The notes under the pieces are model-generated. The model was given only the letters and a program-made list of their open reading frames with translations, was not told the DNA's origin and did not search any database. From assembly GCA_964641255.1 (NCBI GenBank), contig CAZXMM010000001.1, positions 537,984-601,983 on the forward strand: a stretch of DNA of 64,000 nucleotides. The letters are read 5' to 3'. Numbering within the stretch: position 1 is the stretch's first letter; every line of letters starts with the position of its first letter. This document shows positions 44,482-55,018 of the stretch, in pieces. This stretch comes from an uncultured Gammaproteobacteria bacterium (lineage in GTDB: Bacteria; Patescibacteriota; Microgenomatia; JAMCZE01). The position numbers and the translations under genes were made by a program.

Positions 44482-47397
44482 ATGACGCCAAGCATTACTA
44501 TTCGGGGAGCGAGGGAGCATAATCTTAAAAATGTCGACTTAGTCATCCCCAAAAACCAGTTAGTGGTGTTTACCGGGGTGTCCGGCAGTGGCAAGTCGTC
44601 AATGGCGTTTGACACTATTTATGCCGAGGGGCAGCGGCGCTATGTGGAATCACTCTCTTCCTACGCCAGGCAATTCTTAGGAATCATGGATAAGCCGGAC
44701 CTGGATTTCATCGAGGGGCTATCACCCGCGATTTCCATTGATCAAAAAACGACTTCCCACAATCCGCGCTCCACAGTTGGCACCATCACGGAGATTTACG
44801 ACTATTTGCGCCTCCTATTTGCCCGGGTGGGACACCCCCACTGCCCCTCCTGTGGGCGGGAAATTACGCACTTGAGTTTGGAACAAATAGTCACTCAGGT
44901 AGTTAGCCAAGTTAAGCAGTCAGCGGGGGCTAAAAAGCAGCAGCGCTATTTGATTTTGGCTCCCCTTGTTAAAGACCGTAAGGGGGAGTATTCCCAACTA
45001 CTGAGTAGTCTAAAGAGTAAAGGAATTACCAGAGTGCGAGTCGATGGTCAGGTATTTGGGGTGGAGGATGATTTGGTGTTGATAAAAACCAATCGGCACA
45101 GCATCGAAGCGGTGTTAGATCGGCTCACTTTTACTGGGAAGGCAATTGATCAGGCGCGGCTGCGTGAGGCAATCGAAGCGGCGCTGCAGCTCTCAAGCGG
45201 GGAAGTCATAATCAGTGAAGTGGGGGACGCGGCACTCGAGTTTCCTGATAAACCCAAAGTGATGACGGATCAACTTTATTCGGAAAAGTTTGCCTGTCCG
45301 ACCTGCCAACTCAGTTTACCGGAGATTGAACCTCGCCTGTTTTCGTTTAATTCTCCCCAGGGGGCTTGCCCCACCTGCACGGGCTTGGGGTATCTTTTAA
45401 AAATTGACGAAGAATTGATTATTAATCCCGAACTCTCCATCATGGAGGGAGGGCTGCTGCCTCTGGGTAGTGAAGTTGAGCACGACACCTGGTTTATGCG
45501 CATGATTAAGGCGGCCGGGGATAAGCACCACTTTTCCACTACCCGGCCCATAAGAGAACTGTCCGCTTCGGCTCTTAAAATTATTCTCTACGGCACCGGG
45601 GAGGAAGAACTGTATATCCAAGGGACCAATCGCCAAGGGAAAATGACCGGTTTTTACGAAAAGTATGAAGGAGTAATTTCCCGGCTGGAGAGACTCTATA
45701 AAGAGACTGAGTCCGAGTGGCGCCGCCAGGATATTGAAAAATATATGCGCAATACCCCTTGCCCTACCTGTAAGGGGCAGCGGTTAAAGCCCGAAGCGCT
45801 AGCAGTCACCATTGCTGACGAAAACATTTCTCAAGTCACTACCAAAAGTATTGAGGCAGCCTTAGCTTGGGTAAAGAGGGTACAGATGGAGGCCTTGGGA
45901 AACAGCCGGGAGGCCACCATTACCGGCCCGATTATGAAGGAGCTGGTAGCAAGACTGGGTTTTTTGTTCGACGTCGGTCTTAACTATTTGTCCCTCAGTC
46001 GGGCAGCCAACACCCTCGCTGGTGGAGAAGCCCAGCGCATCAGACTGGCCAGCCAGATTGGCTCGGGGCTCTCAGGAGTCCTCTATGTTTTAGACGAACC
46101 CTCAATTGGGCTGCACCAAAGGGATAATACTAAACTAATTGAGACCCTAAAACACTTACGGGATATTGGCAACAGCGTCATTGTGGTTGAGCACGACCGG
46201 GAAATGATGGAAGAGGCCGACTATATTTTTGATTTTGGTCCGGGCGCCGGCGAGCACGGTGGTCAAGTAACCGCCTTTGGTACCGTAGCAGAAATTAAAA
46301 AAAATCCCCAATCGCTCACTGGCCGCTATCTAAGCGGTAAAAAACAAATTGAGACTGCAGATTTTGGCAAAGAAATGCGCCCACAGTCAGGAACAAAAGA
46401 GGGTAAATCCCTCAAACTAGTAGGGGCTAGAGCCCATAATCTTAAAAATCTCACCGTAGAATTTCCTCTGGGTAAATTCATCGTCGTTACCGGCGTTTCC
46501 GGCTCTGGCAAATCCACTCTAATTCATGACATCTTGTATCACGCTCTCGCTGCTGAATTTTATCCCCAGCACAAAGAAAAACCGGGAGAATTTGATGGCT
46601 TAATTGGCGCTTCAGAACTGGATAAAGTAATTCTTATCGATCAGTCGCCCATTGGCCGAACCCCCCGGTCCAACCCAGCTACTTATACCGGAGCTTTTAC
46701 TTTTATTCGGGAGTTGTTTGCTAGTACCAAAGAGGCTCGGATTAAGGGCTATAAAGCCGGACGCTTCAGTTTTAACGTTAAGGGGGGGCGCTGCGAAGCT
46801 TGCGAAGGGGAAGGCCAGTTAAAAATTGAGATGAATTTTTTACCTGATGTTTTTGTGGAGTGCGAAGTTTGTCACGGTAAAAGATATAACGCTGACGCCC
46901 TAGATATAGTCTTTCACAACAAAAACATTGCCGAAGTTTTAGATCTAACTGTCGAAAGTGCTCTTGGTTTTTTCGAAAATGTTCCTTCTCTGCGGGGAAA
47001 ACTGGAAACACTCTTTGATGTGGGGCTGGGCTACATTAAGCTGGGACAGCCAGCCCCCACTCTCTCGGGTGGAGAGGCCCAGCGGGTTAAACTGGCGGCG
47101 GAACTGGCCAAACGGGCGACGGGTAAAACTGTTTACATCCTCGATGAACCCACTACGGGCTTGCATTTTGCGGACCTAGAACGGCTCCTTTTTGTGTTAA
47201 AAAGATTAGTAGTTTTGGGCAACACCGTCATCGTTATCGAGCACAATTTGGACGTGATTAAAAATGCCGACCATATCATTGATTTGGGACCAGAGGGAGG
47301 CAGCGGCGGCGGCCTCGTGGTTGCTACTGGCACTCCTCAAGAGATAGCGCGCGTTTCTGGGAGTTGGACCGGAAAATATCTTGCCTCGGTGCTATGA
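44482..47397 (+). CDS. uvrA: Excinuclease ABC subunit A
   Basis: [36 protein letters not shown]. There are two ABC modules and zinc-finger Cys clusters ([19 protein letters not shown]). Confidence 0.95.
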   Translation: MTPSITIRGAREHNLKNVDLVIPKNQLVVFTGVSGSGKSSMAFDTIYAEGQRRYVESLSSYARQFLGIMDKPDLDFIEGLSPAISIDQKTTSHNPRSTVGTITEIYDYLRLLFARVGHPHCPSCGREITHLSLEQIVTQVVSQVKQSAGAKKQQRYLILAPLVKDRKGEYSQLLSSLKSKGITRVRVDGQVFGVEDDLVLIKTNRHSIEAVLDRLTFTGKAIDQARLREAIEAALQLSSGEVIISEVGDAALEFPDKPKVMTDQLYSEKFACPTCQLSLPEIEPRLFSFNSPQGACPTCTGLGYLLKIDEELIINPELSIMEGGLLPLGSEVEHDTWFMRMIKAAGDKHHFSTTRPIRELSASALKIILYGTGEEELYIQGTNRQGKMTGFYEKYEGVISRLERLYKETESEWRRQDIEKYMRNTPCPTCKGQRLKPEALAVTIADENISQVTTKSIEAALAWVKRVQMEALGNSREATITGPIMKELVARLGFLFDVGLNYLSLSRAANTLAGGEAQRIRLASQIGSGLSGVLYVLDEPSIGLHQRDNTKLIETLKHLRDIGNSVIVVEHDREMMEEADYIFDFGPGAGEHGGQVTAFGTVAEIKKNPQSLTGRYLSGKKQIETADFGKEMRPQSGTKEGKSLKLVGARAHNLKNLTVEFPLGKFIVVTGVSGSGKSTLIHDILYHALAAEFYPQHKEKPGEFDGLIGASELDKVILIDQSPIGRTPRSNPATYTGAFTFIRELFASTKEARIKGYKAGRFSFNVKGGRCEACEGEGQLKIEMNFLPDVFVECEVCHGKRYNADALDIVFHNKNIAEVLDLTVESALGFFENVPSLRGKLETLFDVGLGYIKLGQPAPTLSGGEAQRVKLAAELAKRATGKTVYILDEPTTGLHFADLERLLFVLKRLVVLGNTVIVIEHNLDVIKNADHIIDLGPEGGSGGGLVVATGTPQEIARVSGSWTGKYLASVL

Positions 47398-49238
47398 AGT
47401 TAATTTTACTTGGACTAATTGCTTTAATTTTTGCCCCAATTACCTGGGCGAATGAAGCGACTAGCTCAGCTAAATTTTCCCTTAAATTTGATAACACCTA
47501 TAAAGTTCATGACAGCGGTTTAACCACAGTTAGTCAAGATTTTTCTCTTACCAATTTACAGTCTGACACTTTTGCTTCCGAATACCGCCTAGCCTTAGGT
47601 AAAACCCAAGTGAGGAATCTGCGGGCTTTTGATAGAACCGGGGCTTTGCCCCTTGATCTACTGCCCACAGGGGATGGCAACTTTGAGGTGCGGATCAATT
47701 TTCGCGACTTGGCAGTAGGCAAGACCACAACCCTTAATTGGTCGGTGGTGTACGAAACCAGTGACCTGGCCACGAGTTCCGGCGGAGTTTGGGCCGTGAC
47801 TATCCCTAGTCCGCTGGAGCCTAAAGCCGCAACTGATTACACCGTCAAGTTAGAAGTACCTCCCAGTTTTGGCCCGCCGGTATTTATTAAGCCTACCGCT
47901 TCAGCTATTGGAAACTTTTGGCATAAGGAGCAGCTAGGGGGTCGAACTATTACTGCTCTCTTTGCTCCCAGTCAGACCGCTACTCATTCGCAAAGTTTTG
48001 ATTTTTTACTTAAGTACCGACTGACTAACCACGAGGTGTTACCCAGGACTTTATCCCTGGCACTGCCTCCTGATACGCCTTATCAAACAATTTTTCTCAA
48101 TTTTTTAAATCCCCGACCTCTTGATGTGGTTACTGGTCTGGAAGGCAATTGGCTAGCGAAATACCGTGTAGCTGGCTTAAGTAGCTTAAACGTGGTAGCC
48201 AGTGGCTCGGCCCTTATTTCGGCCCGACCAATTTATCCAGAAAAGACAGCGGCGCCGGAAAAATTTCTTGGCTTTAACACTGTTTGGACAAAAAGCAGGG
48301 AAACGGAAAAAATTGCCGATTCTCTAAAGGACATTGCAGCTATTTATGATTTTGTAGCCAGTAACATCCAACTGGATACTAGCCAAGTCGTGTCTTCTTT
48401 TAAGCCAGCCGGGGAAATTTTAGCCGGCTTGCCGAACAAAGGGTCATGCTTTGACGCCGCCACTATCTTTATTACTCTAGCTCGGCTGAAAAATATTCCT
48501 GCTCGCCAGGTAGACGGGTTGGTTATTCCCCAAACGGGGCAAAAGATTACCAAGCTGCATTGTTGGGTGCAATATTTTGATTATCCCCAGGGAAAATGGA
48601 TTATGGTAGATCCAACTTGGGAGAGCGCCACTGGCCTCGACTATTTTCATTCGTTAGATTTTAATCATTTAGCGTTAGCGATCCACGGTCAAAATCCCAC
48701 TAGCCCTTTGCCGGCCGGGCTCTATCAGGGAGACTTTCCGACTGACAATATTACTGTTACTCCCGCTAAGACGCCACCAGTTGTTAGTACCAAGACACCG
48801 ATTGTCATTCGGGCTGATATTCCCAAGATGGCTACTTCGGGTCTAACTTATACTGCCAAAATATTTTTGGAAAATACTACCCCTGTGGCCCAGGAAGAAC
48901 AGACTCTTTATTTTTCTTCGCCACAGCTGGCACTTTTCCCCCAGGTTGTAAAAACAGGGGTCCTACCTCCGTTTGCCAGTCGAGAAATCACTCTCAGCTT
49001 GGCTAAAGTACCTTTTAACCAGGCTCGAGATGTTATAATCAGCTTGCGGGTGGGGGCTAACAGTCGCGACTATCAGATCGCCTTTAGACCTCTTTACACT
49101 TCCCGATGGTTAGTGGTCGTGGGAGCGCTGACAATTCTTGGTTGCCTATCAATCATTGCCCAAATTACCCGGAGTGTACTTCTTCAAAAACAAAAAAGGG
49201 GAAGTGATTTACGTGGGCAAGGCCAAAAGTCTGCGTGA
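47394..49238 (+). CDS. Exported transglutaminase-like (Cys-His-Asp) domain protein with a C-terminal TM anchor
   Basis: Signal peptide [19 protein letters not shown]. Transglutaminase core GSCFDAATIFITLARLKNIPARQVDGL...HCWVQYFD...WIMVDPTW. C-terminal TM plus a basic tail. Confidence 0.6.
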   Translation: MKLILLGLIALIFAPITWANEATSSAKFSLKFDNTYKVHDSGLTTVSQDFSLTNLQSDTFASEYRLALGKTQVRNLRAFDRTGALPLDLLPTGDGNFEVRINFRDLAVGKTTTLNWSVVYETSDLATSSGGVWAVTIPSPLEPKAATDYTVKLEVPPSFGPPVFIKPTASAIGNFWHKEQLGGRTITALFAPSQTATHSQSFDFLLKYRLTNHEVLPRTLSLALPPDTPYQTIFLNFLNPRPLDVVTGLEGNWLAKYRVAGLSSLNVVASGSALISARPIYPEKTAAPEKFLGFNTVWTKSRETEKIADSLKDIAAIYDFVASNIQLDTSQVVSSFKPAGEILAGLPNKGSCFDAATIFITLARLKNIPARQVDGLVIPQTGQKITKLHCWVQYFDYPQGKWIMVDPTWESATGLDYFHSLDFNHLALAIHGQNPTSPLPAGLYQGDFPTDNITVTPAKTPPVVSTKTPIVIRADIPKMATSGLTYTAKIFLENTTPVAQEEQTLYFSSPQLALFPQVVKTGVLPPFASREITLSLAKVPFNQARDVIISLRVGANSRDYQIAFRPLYTSRWLVVVGALTILGCLSIIAQITRSVLLQKQKRGSDLRGQGQKSA

Positions 49239-50391
49239 TCGGGTCGCCTCCTATTTTGCTTCCACCGAGTTACTTCCGAAAACCGCCAAAATGATGAGTG
49301 AAGCGGTGGATTTATCGTTTCAAGTCGTCGAATCGGAAATTGACGCCCTCCTTTTGGAAGCCAATTATATTCGCAAACTTGCGCCGCGCTTTAATGTAGA
49401 CTGGAAAGATGGGAAAGCCTATCCGCACATTGAAATTACTGTAAAAGATTTAGTTCCCCAAGTGTCTTACGTGCGAGCCGAAACTAATCCCCAGGCTCAG
49501 TACTTTGGACCCTACCCCACTGGCTCTGATCTTCTCGGGTTACTGCGCTTTTTAAGGCGGGTCTTCCCCTATGTTTCCCAAAAGCACCCCAAAAACAGAC
49601 CATGTCTTCGCTCCCACTTGGGACTATGCCCCTGTCCGGCAGTCTATACTGACCGGCTAGCCCGGCTGCGTTACCGAAGGGATCTTAAAAGTTTAGTGAA
49701 GTTTTTGGAAGGAAAGCGCCAAGTGGTACAAAAGAGACTGGAGAGGGAAATGCATCAGGCGGCCAAAAATCAGGAGTACGAGCGGGCCGGAGAGCTAAAG
49801 ACCAAACTGGAGCAGATCAGTTATGTGGTCAGTCCTCGTACCTTGCCCTGGGAGTATGAAAGTAATCCTAACCTGGCAAGTGACCGCCGAGCTGCTGAAA
49901 TTACGGAGCTAAAAGCAAAACTTGGCCTTACCCAGTTAACTAAAATTGAATGCTATGACATTAGTAACACTTTTGGACAAGACGCTACCGGAGCGCAGGT
50001 AGTCTTTGTTGATGGGGTAGCCGACAAAAATCTTTATCGCCGGTATAAAATTAAACTCAAGAGAACTCCTGACGATTTCGCTATGATGAAGGAAATGGTT
50101 AGTAGACGGCTCAATTCAAAAATCCCCCTGCCAGAACTGATGGTGATTGACGGGGGAATGGGTCAGCTGGGGGTAGTACTGACCGCGTTTAAAGAGCAAG
50201 GTATTACCCCACCCAAAGTTATTGGCTTAGCCAAGAAACTGGAGACAATTATTCTTCCAGGTGGGGAAACCATCCAACTAGGCAGTGCTAGTCCGGCCCT
50301 GCAACTACTGCAGCGGCTTCGCGATGAAGCCCACCGTTTTAGTCGCCGCTACCATTTTTACTTACGCAGCCGCCGCTTATTAGCTAAGTAG
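49138..50391 (+). CDS. uvrC: Excinuclease ABC subunit C, short form of 417 aa lacking the C-terminal HhH region
   Basis: GIY-YIG LPKLPGVYFFKNKKGEVIYVGKAKSLRDRV. UVR domain EYERAGELKTKLEQI. VIDGGMGQL...RLRDEAHRFSRRYH is the start of the endonuclease-V-like domain. TTG start overlapping the upstream gene by 101 nt. Confidence 0.75.
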   Translation: MVAYQSLPKLPGVYFFKNKKGEVIYVGKAKSLRDRVASYFASTELLPKTAKMMSEAVDLSFQVVESEIDALLLEANYIRKLAPRFNVDWKDGKAYPHIEITVKDLVPQVSYVRAETNPQAQYFGPYPTGSDLLGLLRFLRRVFPYVSQKHPKNRPCLRSHLGLCPCPAVYTDRLARLRYRRDLKSLVKFLEGKRQVVQKRLEREMHQAAKNQEYERAGELKTKLEQISYVVSPRTLPWEYESNPNLASDRRAAEITELKAKLGLTQLTKIECYDISNTFGQDATGAQVVFVDGVADKNLYRRYKIKLKRTPDDFAMMKEMVSRRLNSKIPLPELMVIDGGMGQLGVVLTAFKEQGITPPKVIGLAKKLETIILPGGETIQLGSASPALQLLQRLRDEAHRFSRRYHFYLRSRRLLAK

Positions 50392-50400
50392 CCCAAAAGC

Positions 50401-51186
50401 ATGCTAGCTCTTTATTGGCAAATTGTTCGGTTTCGCGCTTTACGCTTTTTGGCCTATCCGCACGAGATCTGGGCGGGGATTTTGCGCAAGCTGATTTCCA
50501 TTATCAGTTTGTCACTACTGTGGTACCTAGCTCTTAAAAGCTCGCCAGTGGCCCAAAGTTTTAACCAAGTGTTAGCCTATTTCCTAATCGCTGAAGGAGT
50601 AGAGGAGATTGCGATGGGTAAGTGGGGAGTGGCGGGTCACCTACTAGGCCAGTCTATTCGTCAGGGAACGCTCTCCAATTTCTTAATGAGACCCATTGCT
50701 ATCTTTCCTTATCTTTATAGTTATGCCTTGGGAAGCAATGGGTTGGCAATCCTCATAGGTGGTGTAGGGATTATCGCTGGTATCATTATTGCCCCGCCAC
50801 TTAGCGCACTTAATTTTTTGCTCTTTTTGGTTTTTTTACCTCCGGCTATGATGGTTGGATTTGCCTACAATATGTTTTTGGGGATGATCTTTTTTTCGCT
50901 GGCTGATGGTAGCGGGGTAAAAAATGCGATTACTCACCTGGTGCGGATTCTATCCGGCTCCTGGATTCCCCTGGTTTACTTTCCCGAACAAGCGCGAAAC
51001 CTAGTCCTGTTGCTGCCCTTTCAGGTGATGGTTTCCGGCCCGACTCGGGCGCTTAGGACTGAGGACTTTGCCCAGTCGGCACTGGCGGCTATCGCGATTG
51101 CTTATTTTTGGTCTATGACTCTCTTAGTGCTAATTAGACTCAGGTGGGGCAGGCAGATTAAAAAATATGAAGCAGTCGGTCTTTAA
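50401..51186 (+). CDS. ABC-2 family transporter permease
   Basis: Six hydrophobic helices. Followed by a second permease and an ABC ATPase. Confidence 0.5.
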   Translation: MLALYWQIVRFRALRFLAYPHEIWAGILRKLISIISLSLLWYLALKSSPVAQSFNQVLAYFLIAEGVEEIAMGKWGVAGHLLGQSIRQGTLSNFLMRPIAIFPYLYSYALGSNGLAILIGGVGIIAGIIIAPPLSALNFLLFLVFLPPAMMVGFAYNMFLGMIFFSLADGSGVKNAITHLVRILSGSWIPLVYFPEQARNLVLLLPFQVMVSGPTRALRTEDFAQSALAAIAIAYFWSMTLLVLIRLRWGRQIKKYEAVGL

Positions 51187-51985
51187 TCTTTGGCACCAGT
51201 TAAAACTACTTTGGACTTTTACGGTCTTTTCTTATCAAACGGAAACTTTTGACCGGACCAATAACTGGGCCAACATTATTAGTACAACGTTTTATATTTT
51301 ATCGCAGACGATTTTTATTACGGTAATCTTTGCCAATGTTACGACGATTGCCTCTTACACTCGCAGTGAAATGCTGTTTTTTGTTTTTCTGGCGCAGCTT
51401 GGCTACTATTTGAGCTGGTTGATTCAGGGTAACCTTAAAGACTTAGTAGACTTTGTTAATACGGGCAGATTGGATAACCTTTTGCTGCGGCCTACTAGTG
51501 CACTATTTTACGTCACCTTTCGTAAAATTCGGTTGTTTTCTACCCTTAGAGACGCGATAGCTCCTACAGTCTTTATGATCCTAGTCATTAATTGGCCCAG
51601 TCTACACTTGCAGCTAGAGACACTGATAATTGGAATAGTAATTTTGGTGCTTGGCCAGATTTGTGTTCACTGTCTCTTCTTTCTGGCGGTGCTGCTCGTT
51701 TTTTGGCTGGGAGAAAGTAGCACAATTTTTTCCCTCGTAGCAGACGTTGACTATTTAATTGGTAAGACCATACCGCTTGAGGGTTTTGCTACCAACTTGC
51801 GACTAGTGCTAACCACTCTAGTGCCAATTTTAATTAGTGCCGGTGTCAGTACTAGCGTTATACTGGGTAAGACCCTGCCGTACCCGGCTCTTTTATCAGC
51901 CATCGGCGTCACCATTTTGGCGCTGGTCGTGAGACAATATGCCTGGAACCTTGCTATAAGAGCATATAGCTCGGCGTCATCTTAA
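51167..51985 (+). CDS. ABC-2 family transporter permease
   Basis: Polytopic membrane protein, overlapping the upstream permease by 20 nt. Confidence 0.5.
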   Translation: MKQSVFNLWHQLKLLWTFTVFSYQTETFDRTNNWANIISTTFYILSQTIFITVIFANVTTIASYTRSEMLFFVFLAQLGYYLSWLIQGNLKDLVDFVNTGRLDNLLLRPTSALFYVTFRKIRLFSTLRDAIAPTVFMILVINWPSLHLQLETLIIGIVILVLGQICVHCLFFLAVLLVFWLGESSTIFSLVADVDYLIGKTIPLEGFATNLRLVLTTLVPILISAGVSTSVILGKTLPYPALLSAIGVTILALVVRQYAWNLAIRAYSSASS

Positions 51986-51990
51986 AAACC

Positions 51991-52971
51991 ATGGTGATTA
52001 CTGTTGAACACTTAGCCAAAACCTACCGCACTAAAGAGAAGTTGTCGCTATGGAAGGATCTATTGTGGCCCAAATACCGTGAGACTAAAGCGGTTAATGA
52101 CATCTCTTTTACTATCGACCGGGGTGAGGCGGTGGCTTTTTTGGGACCCAATGGGGCGGGTAAGACAACCACTATGAAGATGCTTGCTGGATTGCTTTTC
52201 CCCACTAGTGGCCAAGTACAAGTGCTAGGTTTTACCCCTTTTGACCGCAAACCCGAGTTTTTACGCCGAATCGGCCTAGTTATGGGTAATAAGGCGAGTC
52301 TAGAGTGGGATTTAACGGCCCAGCAGAGTTTTTCCTTATTTCAAAAGATTTACAAAATTAGTGATCTGGACTTTAGCCACCGAGTCGAGCGTTATACGAC
52401 CTTACTTGGTACCACTAAACTACTGGATCGGCCCATTCGTAAATTGTCTTTAGGAGAGCGACTAAAAATGGAGCTGATCGCGACCTTACTTTACGAGCCC
52501 GAAATTTTATTTTTAGACGAACCAACCATTGGTTTAGATCTGACCGCCAAACATAGTATTCGGGATTTTTTGCGGCAACTGCAAGCCGAATCGGGCGTTA
52601 CTCTGCTCTTAACCAGCCACGATATGGACGACGTAGAAAAGGTCTGTGACCGGGTGATTGTAATCAACGAAGGACAAAAGGTTTATGACGACAGCTTGGT
52701 TAAACTCACTAGCTCTTACAACGAGGAAAAGTTTGTGACCCTATTGTTTGATATCCTACCGAGGTTAGAAAAAGTCAACCCGTTGGCTCCAGTCATTAGT
52801 TACACTGATCATTCCTATACTCTTAAGGTGCCACGGACCAAACTGGCCAAGACTCTGGCTCTAGTTACTCGTAAACTCGTACCCATCGATATTGAAATTG
52901 GAGCCGTACCACTGGAAGAAATTATCTCTCATCTTTACCAAAAACCGGTGTATGCTAGGATTAATGAGTGA
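51991..52971 (+). CDS. ABC transporter ATP-binding protein
   Basis: Walker A GPNGAGKTT, signature LSLGERLKMEL, Walker B LLFLDEPTIGLD. Confidence 0.85.
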   Translation: MVITVEHLAKTYRTKEKLSLWKDLLWPKYRETKAVNDISFTIDRGEAVAFLGPNGAGKTTTMKMLAGLLFPTSGQVQVLGFTPFDRKPEFLRRIGLVMGNKASLEWDLTAQQSFSLFQKIYKISDLDFSHRVERYTTLLGTTKLLDRPIRKLSLGERLKMELIATLLYEPEILFLDEPTIGLDLTAKHSIRDFLRQLQAESGVTLLLTSHDMDDVEKVCDRVIVINEGQKVYDDSLVKLTSSYNEEKFVTLLFDILPRLEKVNPLAPVISYTDHSYTLKVPRTKLAKTLALVTRKLVPIDIEIGAVPLEEIISHLYQKPVYARINE

Positions 52972-53372
52972 TCAAACACGTCTTTCGTTCCTACTTAATT
53001 AACCTTTTTGCACTCTGGGCCACCTCCCAGTTTATTGGGGCCTTTATTCTTAGTGGTGGGGTGCAAGGGCTACTTATAGTGGGAGCTGGATTTACGATTT
53101 TACACCTGCTGATTCGGCCCCTCTTATCAGCAATTTTGGGAACGATCAATTTTTTGACCCTGGGACTGGTAGGACTACTATTAGATAGCGCCATTTTATA
53201 CGGTTTGACGCTCTATTTCCCCCAAGTGTCGGTAGTGCCTTGGGATTTTCCTGGCGGGGTGGTTTACGGATTTATTCTGCCTCCTTACTCATTTGGGCTC
53301 ATCCTGGCCACTATCTTAACAGCGTTAATAATTAATGTGATTCGCCAAACGCTCCAGACACTGGCTTCCTAG
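52968..53372 (+). CDS. DUF360 / phage-holin-4-like small membrane protein
   Basis: 134 aa with four TM segments. LLIRPLLSAILGTINFLTLGLVGLLLDSAILYGL is typical of the YvlD/DUF360 family. Confidence 0.45.
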   Translation: MIKHVFRSYLINLFALWATSQFIGAFILSGGVQGLLIVGAGFTILHLLIRPLLSAILGTINFLTLGLVGLLLDSAILYGLTLYFPQVSVVPWDFPGGVVYGFILPPYSFGLILATILTALIINVIRQTLQTLAS

Positions 53373-53421
53373 CTGGAGTAAGTGGCTGGCATGTTAGTGT
53401 AATTTTAGTTACAATAGCTAA

Positions 53422-53643
53422 GTGGTGACAACCATTCTTACTATCGGTGAAATCCTGATTGCCACGTTATTGATTGGGGCCATTTTGCTTCAGGTCAAGG
53501 GGACTGGGCTGGATTCTTCATTTGGTGGAGGTGGGGAGTTCTACAGGAGTAAGCGGGGGATTGAGCGGACTCTTCTTTATGCTACGATTATTTTGATTGT
53601 TCTGTTTGGTCTGACTTCAGTTGGTTTGCTGATTTTGACATGA
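53422..53643 (+). CDS. secG: Preprotein translocase subunit SecG
   Basis: 73 aa with 2 TM segments. LLQVKGTGLDSSFGGGGEFY is a SecG-like Gly-rich loop. Confidence 0.6.
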   Translation: MVTTILTIGEILIATLLIGAILLQVKGTGLDSSFGGGGEFYRSKRGIERTLLYATIILIVLFGLTSVGLLILT

Positions 53644-54983
53644 AGCATTTTTTTGGGAACACTTACCGCGGAGTGCGGCTCACGGTTAGACTGTTAATCT
53701 CCTATTTAATCACTAACCGGCGGTTGTTCTTCTTTGGTCTAGTGGTTGGTATCAGTGCGATTATTTTTTTACCCCAGCTTTTTGCTTCCCTAAGTCAGAA
53801 GCGGTCGCCAGTATTAGGTATTGTCGGTAATTACACCATCGCTACCCTGCCACTAGCCATTCAACAGGAATTAAGCATTGGTCTTACTCGGTTACTACCC
53901 AGTGGTGAAGCTACTAGCGGAGCGGCCCTAACTTGGATTAGTGAAAACCAAAGCAAAGAGCTAACTTTCAAATTGGATCCCAATTTATTTTGGCAAGATG
54001 GTAGCCAATTTTCCTCAGCCGATATTAACTATAACTTAAAAGGAGTCGCTACTAAGGAGCTTGGTAGTCATGAAATTAGGTTTAGTCTGCAAGAACCCTT
54101 TGCCCCCCTGCCGGTGATTGTGTCTCAGCCACTGTTTAAAAAGGGACTGGTGGGACTGGGCGAGTATCACCTAAAGGAACTTCGGATGAACGGCCGGTTT
54201 ATCGCTTCCTTAACTATTCAAAGCGTGACCACCGGAGAAATTAAAACTTACAAGTTTTACCCCAGTGAGGACACGGCCGCCTTGGCACTTAAATTGGGAG
54301 AGATCACCAGTGTGGCACAACTGCACAGTAAATATGACTTTGCCCAGGATAGCCATTACAAAATCATAGACACCACTGATTACACTAAGGTCGCTACCGT
54401 GTTTTATAATACTCGGGACGATTTACTAACCGATAAAACACTTCGTCAGGCTCTAACCTATGCTCTACCCAATACGTTTCCCGAGGGGGAGCGAGCTTTT
54501 TCTCCCATCGTTCCTCACAACTGGGCCCACAACGAGAGCGTAAAACACTATCCCCAAAATTTAGGCACTCTACCCAATTATTTAAAAAAAATAGCCACCA
54601 GTTCGGCTAAATTGTCACTAAATTTAGCGACCAGCCGAGAGTTATTACCGACAGCCGAGAGCATTGCCAAAATCTGGACCGGCCAGGGGATGCAGACTAC
54701 TGTAACAATTGTCAATATTTTGCCTCAAAATTTTGACGTCTATCTCGCTTATTTAGATTTGCCCAGTGACCCAGACCAATATGCTCTCTGGCACTCCACC
54801 CAGCGGGGCAACATCACTAGTTACAAAAGTGCCCGTGTCGATAGCCTGCTGGAAAATGGTCGGAAAACGGCAGATAAAAAAGAACGCCTGTCCATTTATG
54901 AGAACTTTCAGCGCGCCTTGACCGAAGATGTTCCCGCCAGCTTCCTTTTTTATCCCCGAATCTATACTATTTCTCGCCAGTAA
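53640..54983 (+). CDS. Membrane-anchored solute-binding protein, ABC peptide SBP family 5-like
   Basis: N-terminal anchor, about 400-aa ectodomain, LRQALTYALP-type motif. Weak call. Confidence 0.4.
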   Translation: MKHFFGNTYRGVRLTVRLLISYLITNRRLFFFGLVVGISAIIFLPQLFASLSQKRSPVLGIVGNYTIATLPLAIQQELSIGLTRLLPSGEATSGAALTWISENQSKELTFKLDPNLFWQDGSQFSSADINYNLKGVATKELGSHEIRFSLQEPFAPLPVIVSQPLFKKGLVGLGEYHLKELRMNGRFIASLTIQSVTTGEIKTYKFYPSEDTAALALKLGEITSVAQLHSKYDFAQDSHYKIIDTTDYTKVATVFYNTRDDLLTDKTLRQALTYALPNTFPEGERAFSPIVPHNWAHNESVKHYPQNLGTLPNYLKKIATSSAKLSLNLATSRELLPTAESIAKIWTGQGMQTTVTIVNILPQNFDVYLAYLDLPSDPDQYALWHSTQRGNITSYKSARVDSLLENGRKTADKKERLSIYENFQRALTEDVPASFLFYPRIYTISRQ

Positions 54984-55018
54984 ACAGCTGGCTGGAAGCG
55001 GATTGGTAGGCGCATGCG

